DNA of 64,000 bases from NCBI GenBank assembly GCA_949372805.1, contig CASIBH010000001.1, positions 18,771 through 82,770 of the forward strand, read 5' to 3'. The translations under genes and the position numbers were made by a program. A model generated the notes under the pieces. That model was not told the DNA's origin. It was given only the letters and a program-made list of their open reading frames with translations, and searched no databases. This DNA comes from an uncultured Flavobacteriales bacterium (GTDB lineage: Bacteria; Bacteroidota; Bacteroidia; Flavobacteriales; BACL11). The number at the start of each line of letters is the position of its first letter. The stretch's first letter is position 1. This document shows positions 41,622 through 51,628 of this stretch, one piece after another.

Positions 41622-42527
41622 ATTATCTTTTGCAAAGTTGTATCCTTTGTTCCTCAGCTCAATTTGTTCAACACTATTTTTTTGTAATAATGGATTAGTA
41701 TGGTTTAAATGTGTAAAAAATATTTTGTTTTTATCTAATTTAGATAAGTCTTTAAATAGTTCCATGCTTTCCTTTACAAATGGGTGAGGTATTGTACTCA
41801 TATCTCTTCCTAACTCTCCATCTTTATAAAACGTCCCATCTATTAAGGCGTAATCGACTGTTTTAATAATATCCACAATATTTTCATCCCATAAATTCCA
41901 TTTATCTATATCTGGAATATAAATTAATTTCTTGTTTTTAGTTGATATTTTAAAGCCCACTGTTTCTGAATACTCATCTCTATGAGGAACCAAAAATGGT
42001 CTTATGCTAATATTAGGACTTAAAACAATTGTTGTTTTATTTTTAAGGTTCTTTAATTCAATATTTTCAAGTTTAATTAATTGATCCCAAGGTCCATTAT
42101 TTGAAAGAAAATCTTTCATTTTTGGCATACAATAAACAAATGTTTTTTTATTACCCATAACTTCCCTCCCTAGCTGTGCAAGGCCTAAATAATGCCCTAT
42201 GTGTGCGTGAGTTAAGAAAATTCCATCCAGATTATTAGAGCTTGTTTTCTGTTCAAGCAATGATAGTTGAGATTTGAAATCACCTGTTGCGTCAATAACC
42301 CATTGTTTATTGTTAGCTGGGTCGATAATAGCTAAAGAGCTTATTTTTTGAGAATACTTAGGTTCTTCCCAAGCTATTTTGCAGCAGTCTTTTAAGCATC
42401 CTGCTTGAGGGTATCCGCCATCTTGTGCAGAGCCTAGAATTAAAATATATGGCTGCTTTTTTATTTCTTTTTTTTCTGATTTACAGCTAAAAAGTAATAC
42501 AACTATTAAAAAAGTTATTATTCTCAT
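41604..42527 (-). CDS. MBL-fold metallo-hydrolase lipoprotein, PqqB-like
   Basis: Lipobox LLFSCKS. ILGSAQDGGYPQAGC, THAHIGHYLGL. 307 aa. Its 3' end overlaps the convergent hydrolase gene by 18 nt. Confidence 0.75.
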   Translation of the reverse strand: MRIITFLIVVLLFSCKSEKKEIKKQPYILILGSAQDGGYPQAGCLKDCCKIAWEEPKYSQKISSLAIIDPANNKQWVIDATGDFKSQLSLLEQKTSSNNLDGIFLTHAHIGHYLGLAQLGREVMGNKKTFVYCMPKMKDFLSNNGPWDQLIKLENIELKNLKNKTTIVLSPNISIRPFLVPHRDEYSETVGFKISTKNKKLIYIPDIDKWNLWDENIVDIIKTVDYALIDGTFYKDGELGRDMSTIPHPFVKESMELFKDLSKLDKNKIFFTHLNHTNPLLQKNSVEQIELRNKGYNFAKDNLIIDL

Positions 42528-43027
42528 TATATTATTTTTTCAAAGCAGTAATATTCATTTTTATTTTCTTTTAAAAATATTTTTCCTACATTTTGATATC
42601 CTAATCTATTGTAGAAATTTAAAGCCTTAAAGTTTGAGCAATATGTGTCCAATCTTATTGATTTTAAATTTCTTCTTATTACTTCATTTTCTGCAAAAAT
42701 CATTAATTCTTTGCCTACTTTTTTATTCCAATTATTTTCTGAAACAGCAAGTCTATGTACAGAAAGAAATTTATCCTCTTTATCTTCCCAATTAACTTTT
42801 AAGTATGTAGGGTCTTGATGAGGATCAAGATTCATTCCTCCAACAACAATGTCATCAATTTTTGCCACGAAATAAGTAGTATTTTGAATATCATCAGAAA
42901 TTATTTTTTTATTTGGATATGTATGATCCCATTGGTCAATATTTAGATTAATCATCCCTTTAATACATGATTTGTACATTTTTATAATACAATCTAAATC
43001 TGATTTTATTGCTTTTGATATTTTCAT
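42527..43027 (-). CDS. GNAT-family N-acetyltransferase
   Basis: 166 aa. LAVSENNWNKKVGKELM..AE...R.N.KSIRLDT...N..A..FY.RLGYQ. Confidence 0.8.
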   Translation of the reverse strand: MKISKAIKSDLDCIIKMYKSCIKGMINLNIDQWDHTYPNKKIISDDIQNTTYFVAKIDDIVVGGMNLDPHQDPTYLKVNWEDKEDKFLSVHRLAVSENNWNKKVGKELMIFAENEVIRRNLKSIRLDTYCSNFKALNFYNRLGYQNVGKIFLKENKNEYYCFEKII

Positions 43028-44013
43028 TCTATTAATAGATTACAGCCTCTAACATCAGCATTTGAAAATCTTCCAGTTATTTTAAATTTATTTCCCCCAA
43101 GTTTAACGCCAATATCCTGAGTTGCTATAAATGGACATGAATTAAAATTTGCTAGATCAATAATATTAATTCCACCAGATTGATTGTCATTTAATAGAGT
43201 TATTGGATCATTTATATCTCTAACTAAAACTTTCATCCATTTTGGAGATATAAAAACTCCATGATTTTTTGAATAAGCTTGTGAGAGTAATTCTGTCATG
43301 CCATATTCAGAATGGATATTTTTAAGACTAAATGATGATTTTAATATATTATGTATTTCTTCTTTCATTAATTCTTTTCTTTTTCCTTTCATTCCGCCAG
43401 TTTCTATAATAGTTGTGCAATTTAATTTCTGACCATAGTCTTTTGCAAAGTCAAGAAGCGAGTAAGTTACACCAATGAGAATTGTTTTTTTATTTTTTGC
43501 TTCTTGTTTTTTTATAGTATTTGAGATTTTTAAAAAATTACTATTATAGAATCCGCTATCATTATTGTTAGATATTTTGATTAATTCATCAACCATAAAT
43601 ATTAAAGAAGAATCACCATTTTCAAGGTATGAAGGTAATAGAGCTAGTATACATAGGTCTTTAACGGGGCCATAATTTTCTTCAAAGTTTGTTATGAAGT
43701 TTCTTTTATATGTTTCAATGCATGTGACAAAGTGTTTGCTTCTGACTCCATCTGTTCCGCTACTCTTGAAGATTATTTCTGTTTTAGTGTTACAAGTTTT
43801 TATCTCGTTGGTTTTAAAAAATTCAATAGGTAGAAAAGGAATTTCTTCAATTTTTTTTGGTTTTTTGTTTTTTAGTGTTAGCAATGCAAATTTAGAATAT
43901 AGCTCATTGTTTTTCATCTGATAATCAAAAATTTCTAGAGATATTTTTTGAAATTCTTGTTCGTTTTGAAGATTAAATATTCTATCGTTTATATTTTTTA
44001 ATGACCTCTGCAT
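43024..44013 (-). CDS. LuxE-like acyl-protein synthetase / acyl-adenylate-forming enzyme
   Basis: IPFLPIEFFKT, FKSSGTDGVRSKHFV and ETGGMKGKRKEL motifs. About 330 aa. Overlaps the GNAT gene by 4 nt. Confidence 0.65.
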   Translation of the reverse strand: MQRSLKNINDRIFNLQNEQEFQKISLEIFDYQMKNNELYSKFALLTLKNKKPKKIEEIPFLPIEFFKTNEIKTCNTKTEIIFKSSGTDGVRSKHFVTCIETYKRNFITNFEENYGPVKDLCILALLPSYLENGDSSLIFMVDELIKISNNNDSGFYNSNFLKISNTIKKQEAKNKKTILIGVTYSLLDFAKDYGQKLNCTTIIETGGMKGKRKELMKEEIHNILKSSFSLKNIHSEYGMTELLSQAYSKNHGVFISPKWMKVLVRDINDPITLLNDNQSGGINIIDLANFNSCPFIATQDIGVKLGGNKFKITGRFSNADVRGCNLLIE

Positions 44014-44047
44014 GAAACTAAATAATTTTTATTTACAAATCGTAAAA

Positions 44048-45100
44048 TTAATTTTTAAATATTTCAAATAACTTACCCCATTCATTTTTTTGTTTGGGGA
44101 TTTTTGTTTTTTGATTTACACTGCTATAATTACTCGCTAGATTCATATTTAATGTATCTTGTTTTTGAAACTGAAAAAGCCCTTTTTTGGATAAAAAATC
44201 TGCCAAATATTCTTGTTCTGTTTGTCCTGGCGTTGGTACTAATGTAGCGTGTTTATCTAGAGCTATTAAGTCCATTATTGTAGAGTATCCTGCTCTACAA
44301 ATTATTGTTTTAGCATCTATCATTACCTGATTTAATTCCTCTGCTTTCAAGTGAGATTTGACAATTAGATTATTAAATTTTTCTGAATAGTTTTTTTCTG
44401 GTTTCCCTTGTAGTAAAAGAGATTTTTTATTTATTTTCTTTAATTCTTTTAATAGAATATTTTCAAAAATAGTTCTTTGAGGCTCCGGACCAGAAACAAT
44501 AGCTAAAATTTCAATATTATCTTTTGGCTCCTTTTTTATAAGGCGAGAAAGTGGGCCTATATAACTATGTCTAATTTTAGTATTTTCAGTATCAGATAAT
44601 TCTCCTGCTATCTTGGTTTTTTTAAAATCAGGAATCCAGCACATACTAAATTTATTTATAAAATAGCAGTTGATTTTTTTTACTAATTCTTTTAAAAATG
44701 GTGTTTGTATTTTTATTTGATGTGTTATGAAAACAGAAGGGACTTTATTAGAATATAGCCCATAACGATTGTCGGAAATAATTCCGTCAATTTCATAATC
44801 TTTAATTATTGATTTTAATTTTCTATTTTCTGTGTAAATCCCAAAAATAATTTTTGGGATTTGTAAAAAAATATTTATTTGCATTGGCAAGAAATTAGAA
44901 TATGTTACATTGTAGTCTTCTAATTTTATAAAATTTTCATCTGGAAATTCTTTAATTAATAAGTTTAATGATCTTCCGCTTGACATTATTATTACATTAA
45001 AATTATTTTTTTTTAATTGTTTTATTATAGGTATACATCGTGTGGCATGTCCTATCCCCCAATTAAGAGGTGCAACCATAATATTTTTTTTGCCATTCAT
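44048..45100 (-). CDS. Glycosyltransferase, GT-B fold, MurG/GT28-like
   Basis: APLNWGIGHATRCIPIIKQL N-terminal motif. C-terminal CRAGYSTIMDL...VPTPGQTEQEYLA. Confidence 0.75.
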   Translation of the reverse strand: MNGKKNIMVAPLNWGIGHATRCIPIIKQLKKNNFNVIIMSSGRSLNLLIKEFPDENFIKLEDYNVTYSNFLPMQINIFLQIPKIIFGIYTENRKLKSIIKDYEIDGIISDNRYGLYSNKVPSVFITHQIKIQTPFLKELVKKINCYFINKFSMCWIPDFKKTKIAGELSDTENTKIRHSYIGPLSRLIKKEPKDNIEILAIVSGPEPQRTIFENILLKELKKINKKSLLLQGKPEKNYSEKFNNLIVKSHLKAEELNQVMIDAKTIICRAGYSTIMDLIALDKHATLVPTPGQTEQEYLADFLSKKGLFQFQKQDTLNMNLASNYSSVNQKTKIPKQKNEWGKLFEIFKN

Positions 45101-45125
45101 TTAACGAAAATACTTAAAACACTAT

Positions 45126-45133
45126 TATTTTTG
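45126..45133 (+). promoter_or_regulatory. Candidate -7 element (TATTTTTG) for trmB
   Basis: Matches TAnnTTTG, 17 nt upstream of the TTG start at 45151. Confidence 0.4.
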
Positions 45134-45150
45134 CGGTAAAATAAAAACTA

Positions 45151-45819
45151 TTGGCAAAAAATAAATTAAAAAAATTTAATGAATTAGAAACTTTTAATCA
45201 TGTTGTTCAACCCTCCATAGATGAATTGAGAGTCGGTTTTAATTTAAAAGGTAATTGGCGCAAAAATTTCTTTAAAAATGATAATCCAATTGTTTTAGAG
45301 CTTGGTTGTGGTAAGGGGGAGTTTACAGTTGGTTTAGCAAAGAGTTATCCCAAAAAGAACTTTTTAGGAATTGATATTAAGGGAGCAAGAATTTGGGCTG
45401 GAGCAAGTCAAGCTTTAGATGAAAAATTAATTAACGTTGGTTTTTTAAGAATTCGAATAGACTGGATTGAAATGTGTTTTAATTCAAATGAAGTAGATGA
45501 GATTTGGATTACATTTCCTGATCCTCAGATAAAAAAGAATAGAACTGCTAAAAGACTTACTCATCCAATTTTTTTAAGAAAATATAATAATATTTTAAAA
45601 TCAAATTCGAAAATTCATCTTAAAACAGATAGTCAGTTTTTACACGGATTTACTTTAGGTGTAATTGCTGGTGAAAATCATAATTTGGAAGACTCAACAG
45701 ATGATTTATATAATGCTGTTGATTTTAGGGAATGTTCCAAAATCCAAACTTTTTATGAGAATATGTTTTTAAAAAAAGGGATGCCAATAACATATTTAAG
45801 ATTTTTATTAAACTATTAA
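45151..45819 (+). CDS. trmB: tRNA (guanine-N7)-methyltransferase
   Basis: TTG start. LELGCGKGEFTVGLA...GIDIKG.R...ITFPDPQIKK.R..KRLT. Confidence 0.9.
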   Translation: MAKNKLKKFNELETFNHVVQPSIDELRVGFNLKGNWRKNFFKNDNPIVLELGCGKGEFTVGLAKSYPKKNFLGIDIKGARIWAGASQALDEKLINVGFLRIRIDWIEMCFNSNEVDEIWITFPDPQIKKNRTAKRLTHPIFLRKYNNILKSNSKIHLKTDSQFLHGFTLGVIAGENHNLEDSTDDLYNAVDFRECSKIQTFYENMFLKKGMPITYLRFLLNY

Positions 45820-45868
45820 TTTTATTTTGAATGTTAATTATACTTTATATTTGTAAAAAATAAATGAT

Positions 45869-46990
45869 TTGAAGATTACAAAAGAAGATGTTAGTAATAT
45901 CTTAAGTAAGATTAAGTTTCCGTCTAGTTCTAGTGGAATTGTAGATAGCGGTTCGCTAAAAAATGTTCAAATATTTGGGAACGACATTATTTTAGATATA
46001 GAAATTACCAACCCAACGCTTCAGTACAAAAAGAAAATTGAGGTTTTGTGTGCCGAGGCAATTAGCGATATGCTTGGGGATAGCAAGAACGTAAAAATGA
46101 ATTTTTCTATTAAGGAAGTTAAAAAAGATATTAAAATTCAAGGAAATCCTATTCCAAATGTTAAGAATATTATTGCTGTTTCTTCTGGAAAAGGTGGTGT
46201 TGGAAAATCAACTATTGCTGCAAATTTATCTACTGCTCTTGCTGAGCTAGGGTATTCAGTTGGGATTGTAGATGCTGATATTTACGGTCCTTCTATGCCT
46301 ATAATGTTTGATCTAGTTGGAGAGGTTCCTCAAGCTATTGAGCTGGATGGAAAGAAAAAAATGAAACCACCATCAAACTATAATGTTAAAATGGTTTCAA
46401 TGGGTTTTTTTACAGAAGCTAATCAAGCAGTTGTTTGGAGAGGTCCTATGGCATCTAAAGCTCTCAACCAATTAATTTGGGATACGCATTGGGGAGAGTT
46501 AGATTATTTAATTATTGATCTTCCCCCGGGCACTGGCGATATACATCTTTCTCTAGTTCAAGCAATACCATTAACAGGTGCTATAGTAGTTACAACTCCT
46601 CAGCAAATAGCGTTAGCTGATGCTAGAAAAGGAGTAAATATGTTTCAGATGGACAGTATCGATGTTCCCGTTATTGGTATTGTTGAGAATATGTCTTATT
46701 TTACACCTGCTGAGTTACCGCAAAATAAATATTATATCTTTGGAAAAGATGGGGGTAAGGATTTGGCCGAGCAATTAGATCTTAATCTTTTGGGTCAAAT
46801 TCCAATCGTTCAATCTTTAAGAGAAGCATCTGACGGAGGTCGTCCTGCTGTTTTGCAAGAAAACACTCAAATATCAAAATCATTTATTAATTTAGCAAAA
46901 AATGTTGTTGATTCTGTAAATCAAAGAAATGTTGATTTGCCAGAAACTGAAGCTGTGAAGATTACAAATATGAAAGGTTGTTCTAACTAA
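45869..46990 (+). CDS. apbC: Mrp/NBP35-family Fe-S cluster carrier ATPase
   Basis: TTG start. IAVSSGKGGVGKST (deviant Walker A), DADIYGPS, VWRGPM, DLPPGTGD. Confidence 0.9.
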   Translation: MKITKEDVSNILSKIKFPSSSSGIVDSGSLKNVQIFGNDIILDIEITNPTLQYKKKIEVLCAEAISDMLGDSKNVKMNFSIKEVKKDIKIQGNPIPNVKNIIAVSSGKGGVGKSTIAANLSTALAELGYSVGIVDADIYGPSMPIMFDLVGEVPQAIELDGKKKMKPPSNYNVKMVSMGFFTEANQAVVWRGPMASKALNQLIWDTHWGELDYLIIDLPPGTGDIHLSLVQAIPLTGAIVVTTPQQIALADARKGVNMFQMDSIDVPVIGIVENMSYFTPAELPQNKYYIFGKDGGKDLAEQLDLNLLGQIPIVQSLREASDGGRPAVLQENTQISKSFINLAKNVVDSVNQRNVDLPETEAVKITNMKGCSN

Positions 46991-47005
46991 AAATTACAAA
47001 GAGGT

Positions 47006-47263
47006 TTGATTACAAATAAAAACATTTTAAAAAAAATTGAAGCAGCTTTAGATGACTTTAGGCCTTACTTAGAAGCAGATGGAGGAGACATTAGTTTAGT
47101 AGAGGTAACTGACGATTATGTTGTTAAGGTTAAGTTACTAGGCGCTTGTGAGACTTGTCAAGTTAGTATGATGACATTAAAAAATGGTGTTGAGTTAGCC
47201 GTTAAAAGCGCAGTGCCAAAAGTTAAAGAAGTTGTTGAAGTTGGCTCACTTTCAAATGCTTAA
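47006..47263 (+). CDS. NifU C-terminal-domain protein (Nfu-type)
   Basis: 85 aa. LDDFRPYLEADGGDISLVEV.....VKVKLLGACETCQVSMMTLK.GVE. Confidence 0.85.
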   Translation: MITNKNILKKIEAALDDFRPYLEADGGDISLVEVTDDYVVKVKLLGACETCQVSMMTLKNGVELAVKSAVPKVKEVVEVGSLSNA

Positions 47264-47371
47264 CTTTATTTTTTCTTGACTCACATTCCTTCTTCTTATT
47301 TTCTTTATTTAGAATTATTATAAATTGTTGTTTTTCGTTCTTTTCTATCTAATAATATTAGATAAAAGAAT

Positions 47372-47379
47372 TAAATTTG
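47372..47379 (+). promoter_or_regulatory. Candidate -7 element (TAAATTTG) for the act operon
   Basis: Matches TAnnTTTG, 22 nt upstream of the ATG at 47402. Lies in the longest plus-strand spacer of this region. Confidence 0.4.
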
Positions 47380-47401
47380 CCATGAAATTGACGATAGATT
47401 T

Positions 47402-48649
47402 ATGATGACATCACTTATGAAAAACAGGCTTCTACATATTTTAGTCCTTGTTTTTATTTCTTTCTCCACAGTATTTTCTCAAGATGCTCCTGCTGTTATC
47501 GACTCCGCAGCCGTTTTAAAAGGAGAGCAAATATTTAAAGCCAACTGTACAGCATGTCACGTAATGGGAGATAAAAAACTCATTGGTCCTGGTCTTTTAG
47601 GTGTGACTGACAGGAGAGAAAAAGAGTGGTTGAAAAAATGGATTAATAGTTCTTCAGACTTCATTGCTTCTGGAGATCCAGATGCTATAGCAATATATGA
47701 AGAGTATAATAAAGTAGCAATGACTTCATACTATTTTTCAGATCCTGATTTTGAAGCTGTTTTTGCCTATCTGAAAAATCCGCCAGTTAAAGCTAAGGTT
47801 TTGGATGTTGATTCTGTTATTGCATCTGAAGATGATGGAATTAACACATCAACACAACTCATGTTCATTGGTTTATTCTTATTGCTTCTTGTCTATCTTT
47901 TAACTTCTTTAAAAAATAAACTTAAAGCTAGTCTAGATCAAGAAACAGAAACAATTCCTCAGACCTTATTTAATCAATTTAATTTATTTATTGGTAACAA
48001 TAGAAATATAGTTTTTATTGCACTAGCAAGTTTTATTATAGTTATTAAGTTTTCATTTGATACACTTTCTGGTGTTGGGGTCTATACAAAATATCAGCCT
48101 GAGCAGCCTATTGCGTTCTCTCATAAAGTTCATGCTGGCGAAAATGGTGTTGACTGTAATTATTGTCACTCATCTGCAAGAAAAAGTAAGCACTCTGGAA
48201 TTCCATCTGCTAATGTTTGTATGAATTGTCATACCTACATTAATGAAGGTACAATAACAGGAACTACGGAGATTTCAAAAATATATGAAGCTGTAGGCTT
48301 TGACCCTGACTCTAAAACCTATATTGAAGGCTATGAGCAGAAGCCAATAAAATGGGTTCGTATTCATAATCTTCCAGATTTATCTTATTTTAATCATTCC
48401 CAACATGTAGTCGCTGGTAAGGTTGAATGTCAGACATGTCATGGTCCAATAGAAGAAATGGATGTTGTTTATCAGCATGCTGAATTGACGATGGGTTGGT
48501 GTATTGAGTGTCACAGGACTACTGAAGTTGCAATGGAAGGAAATGAGTATTATACTGAATTACACGCTCAGCTAAAAGAAAAATATAAAGGACAGAAAAT
48601 TACTGTAGATAAGATTGGTGGAATTGAATGTGGAAAATGTCATTATTAA
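47402..48649 (+). CDS. actA: Alternative complex III subunit ActA: multihaem cytochrome c with extra N-terminal monohaem domain
   Basis: Six CxxCH motifs: CTACH, then CNYCH, CMNCH, CQTCH, CIECH, CGKCH. One central membrane helix. First gene of the actABCDEF order. Confidence 0.88.
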   Translation: MMTSLMKNRLLHILVLVFISFSTVFSQDAPAVIDSAAVLKGEQIFKANCTACHVMGDKKLIGPGLLGVTDRREKEWLKKWINSSSDFIASGDPDAIAIYEEYNKVAMTSYYFSDPDFEAVFAYLKNPPVKAKVLDVDSVIASEDDGINTSTQLMFIGLFLLLLVYLLTSLKNKLKASLDQETETIPQTLFNQFNLFIGNNRNIVFIALASFIIVIKFSFDTLSGVGVYTKYQPEQPIAFSHKVHAGENGVDCNYCHSSARKSKHSGIPSANVCMNCHTYINEGTITGTTEISKIYEAVGFDPDSKTYIEGYEQKPIKWVRIHNLPDLSYFNHSQHVVAGKVECQTCHGPIEEMDVVYQHAELTMGWCIECHRTTEVAMEGNEYYTELHAQLKEKYKGQKITVDKIGGIECGKCHY

Positions 48650-48667
48650 CTAAGATTTATTAACTAG

Positions 48668-51628
48668 ATGAAGACAACAAAAAAATACTGGAAAGGCCTT
48701 GCGCAGCTACATGATGATCCAATTGTTGAAAAATTGGCACAAAATGAGTTCGTCGAAAATCTTCCAGTTGATGAGTTTTTAGGGGATAAAGAAAACCTCT
48801 CTTCAACTAGTAGTAGTAGGAGAGATTTTCTTAAGTTCCTTGGGTTTAGTACTGCAGCCGCTACTTTAGCTGCATGTGAAACCCCTATAGTTAAATCTAT
48901 ACCATATCTTGTTAAACCTGATGAAATTATTCCTGGAGTCGCAAATTATTATGCTTCCACTATTTATGATGGTAGAGATTATGCTAGTGTTTTAGTTAAG
49001 ACAAGAGAGGGAAGGCCTATTAAAATTGAAAATAATGGTACTTGTTCTAACTCTAGAGTACAAGCATCAGTACTTTCTCTTTACGATTCTGCAAGATTAA
49101 AACATCCCCTGAAAGCTAGTGAAGAAAGTAATTGGAGAACAGTTGATTATGAAATAAAAGAAAAGCTATCAAATATTAGAGACGGAAAAATAGCTTTTTT
49201 AACCTCTACAATCTTAAGTCCAACAATTAAGCAATTAATACAGGAGTTTGCTGAAAAATATAATAATGTTGAGCATGTGATGATGGATTCTACTCCTTAT
49301 GATGGTATTTTAGATGCAAATCTAGAGTCTTTTGGGTCGCGATTAGCTCCATCATATAGTTTTGACAAGGCCGATGTTATTGTTTCTTTTGGAGCTGATT
49401 TTCTTGCTAATTGGATGGCAAATGAATATGCTACAGATTATGTAAAAGGAAGAAATCCCAAGAATGGAAAAATGTCTAAGCATTTTCAGCTAGAAACAAA
49501 TCTCTCTCTCTCTGGTGCTAATGCAGATAAAAGAATTCAGATTAAACCTTCAGAACATGGTTATTTAATTTCAAGCCTTTTAGATGGAATAAAGGGGAAT
49601 AAATTTGATTCTAGACTGGAAAAAATTGTTAAAGCTTTGTCTAATGCCAAAGGAAAGTCAATAGTTTTAAGTAATAGTAATGACAAAAATGTTCAACTTA
49701 TTGTTAATGCTATTAATAATGAGTTAAGTAATTATGATAAAACAATACTAACTAATCAACCAACATATTTAAAGCAGGGTAACTCTCAAGCAGTTGATAA
49801 TCTTCTTTCGGATATGAAAGATGGAAAAGTAAGTGCTTTAATTACATACAATGTTAACCCTTCTTATTCTTATAATAAATCTAAACAATTTAATGAAGCG
49901 TTAAAAAATGTTGAACTTAAGATCTCAACTTCATCTTATAATGATGAAACTGCTTCTTTAATGGATTATGTATGTCCTGATAGTCATAATTTAGAAAGTT
50001 GGGGAGATGCAAACCCAAAACAAGGGAATTACTCTCTTATGCAGCCTACGATTTCTCCATTGTTTGACACAAGACAGTTTCAAGAGACTCTTCTTTCTTG
50101 GACAGATAGATCGGACTATTTTTCTTATTTGAAGAGTTTTTGGATAGAAAAAGGAATTGATTGGAATGTTACCCTTCATGATGGTTATTTTCATTTAGAG
50201 GATAAGAAAATTAAATTAAAGAAATTTGTAGACAGGTCTTTCCCTATAAAAAACACTATTTCTACAGATTTAGAATTAGAACTTTACGAAACTATTGCTT
50301 TGGGAGATGGATATCAAGCAAATAATCCATGGCTACAAGAACTTCCAGATCCACTTACTCGAGCATGTTGGGATAATTATTTAACAATATCAGCTCATAC
50401 AGCAAAAGAATTTGGTTTAGAGAATTGGAATGTATCCAATGGAGCTTTAAATGGAAGTATGGTAAATATTGAAGCAGATGGTGTTTCTCTGCAAAATGTT
50501 CCCGTACTAATTAGCCCAGGTCAAGCTAGATCAACAGTTGGAATGGCTATTGGTTATGGAAGAACTAAAGCAGGAAAGGCTGGTGATGGTATTGGTTTTA
50601 ATGCTTATCCTTTCACTGGTAAAAAAACTATATCAATTGAAAAAGTAGAGGGTGAATATGAATTTGCCTCTATTCAGCTTCATCATACAATGATGGGGAG
50701 AGATATTGTTAAGGAAACAACTTTATCTGAATACATTAAGGATCCTTCATCAGGAAATCATAGAGAAACTTATGCAACTTATAAAGGCAAATTAACTGCT
50801 GATAAAGTTACTTTATACGAAGCACATGATTTAGAAATTGGACATTTTTGGAATCTTTCAATTGATTTAAATTCATGTATTGGGTGTGGAGAATGTGTTA
50901 TTGCATGTCAATCTGAAAATAATATTCCTGTTGTAGGAAAAGAAGAAATGCGAAAGAGTCGTGATATGCATTGGATGAGAATTGATAGATATTTTTCCTC
51001 TGATATGACTGAAGAGCTTTCTGCAAAAGAAAAAATTTCCATGATTGATATGTTCTCTGAAATGGAAGAACCATCAGAAAACCCTGAAGTAGTATTTCAA
51101 CCAATTATGTGTATGCATTGTAATAATGCACCGTGTGAAACTGTATGTCCTGTTGCTGCCACAACTCATAGTAACGAAGGGTTAAATCAAATGACTTATA
51201 ATAGGTGTGTTGGAACAAGGTATTGTGCCAATAACTGTCCATACAAAGTGAGAAGATTTAATTGGTTCCAATATTCAGATAACGATAAGTTTGATTTTAA
51301 CATGAATGACGATTATGGTAAGATGGTTCTAAATCCTGATGTTGTGGTTAGATCAAGAGGAGTTATTGAAAAGTGTAGTATGTGTATACAAAAGATTCAA
51401 GAGCTTAAATTAAATGCTAAAAAAAGTGGGCAACCTATAAAAGATGCAGATGCTCAGACAGCTTGCGCTTCTTCTTGTTCAACAAATGCTATTGTGTTTG
51501 GTGACTCAAATAACAAGGATAGTGAGGTATGGCGTTTAAGAAATGATGAAAGAGCATATGATTTATTAGATCATTTAAATGTTAGGCCATCAGTATTTTA
51601 TCAAACAAAGATTAGAAATAAAGCATAA
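48668..51628 (+). CDS. actB: Alternative complex III subunit ActB (molybdopterin-oxidoreductase-like domain fused to Fe-S domain)
   Basis: Twin-arginine signal SRRDFLKFLGFSTAAATLAAC. Fe-S cysteine clusters CIGCGECVIAC, CMHCNNAPCETVCP, CVGTRYCANNCP, CSMC. 986 aa. Confidence 0.9.
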   Translation: MKTTKKYWKGLAQLHDDPIVEKLAQNEFVENLPVDEFLGDKENLSSTSSSRRDFLKFLGFSTAAATLAACETPIVKSIPYLVKPDEIIPGVANYYASTIYDGRDYASVLVKTREGRPIKIENNGTCSNSRVQASVLSLYDSARLKHPLKASEESNWRTVDYEIKEKLSNIRDGKIAFLTSTILSPTIKQLIQEFAEKYNNVEHVMMDSTPYDGILDANLESFGSRLAPSYSFDKADVIVSFGADFLANWMANEYATDYVKGRNPKNGKMSKHFQLETNLSLSGANADKRIQIKPSEHGYLISSLLDGIKGNKFDSRLEKIVKALSNAKGKSIVLSNSNDKNVQLIVNAINNELSNYDKTILTNQPTYLKQGNSQAVDNLLSDMKDGKVSALITYNVNPSYSYNKSKQFNEALKNVELKISTSSYNDETASLMDYVCPDSHNLESWGDANPKQGNYSLMQPTISPLFDTRQFQETLLSWTDRSDYFSYLKSFWIEKGIDWNVTLHDGYFHLEDKKIKLKKFVDRSFPIKNTISTDLELELYETIALGDGYQANNPWLQELPDPLTRACWDNYLTISAHTAKEFGLENWNVSNGALNGSMVNIEADGVSLQNVPVLISPGQARSTVGMAIGYGRTKAGKAGDGIGFNAYPFTGKKTISIEKVEGEYEFASIQLHHTMMGRDIVKETTLSEYIKDPSSGNHRETYATYKGKLTADKVTLYEAHDLEIGHFWNLSIDLNSCIGCGECVIACQSENNIPVVGKEEMRKSRDMHWMRIDRYFSSDMTEELSAKEKISMIDMFSEMEEPSENPEVVFQPIMCMHCNNAPCETVCPVAATTHSNEGLNQMTYNRCVGTRYCANNCPYKVRRFNWFQYSDNDKFDFNMNDDYGKMVLNPDVVVRSRGVIEKCSMCIQKIQELKLNAKKSGQPIKDADAQTACASSCSTNAIVFGDSNNKDSEVWRLRNDERAYDLLDHLNVRPSVFYQTKIRNKA

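Noticed and set aside
49501-49513. (TC)6 dinucleotide repeat inside actB as a phase-variation tract.
   Set aside because: It is short and currently in frame, encoding NLSLSG. No other contingency-locus features are present. It is probably a coincidental codon run.
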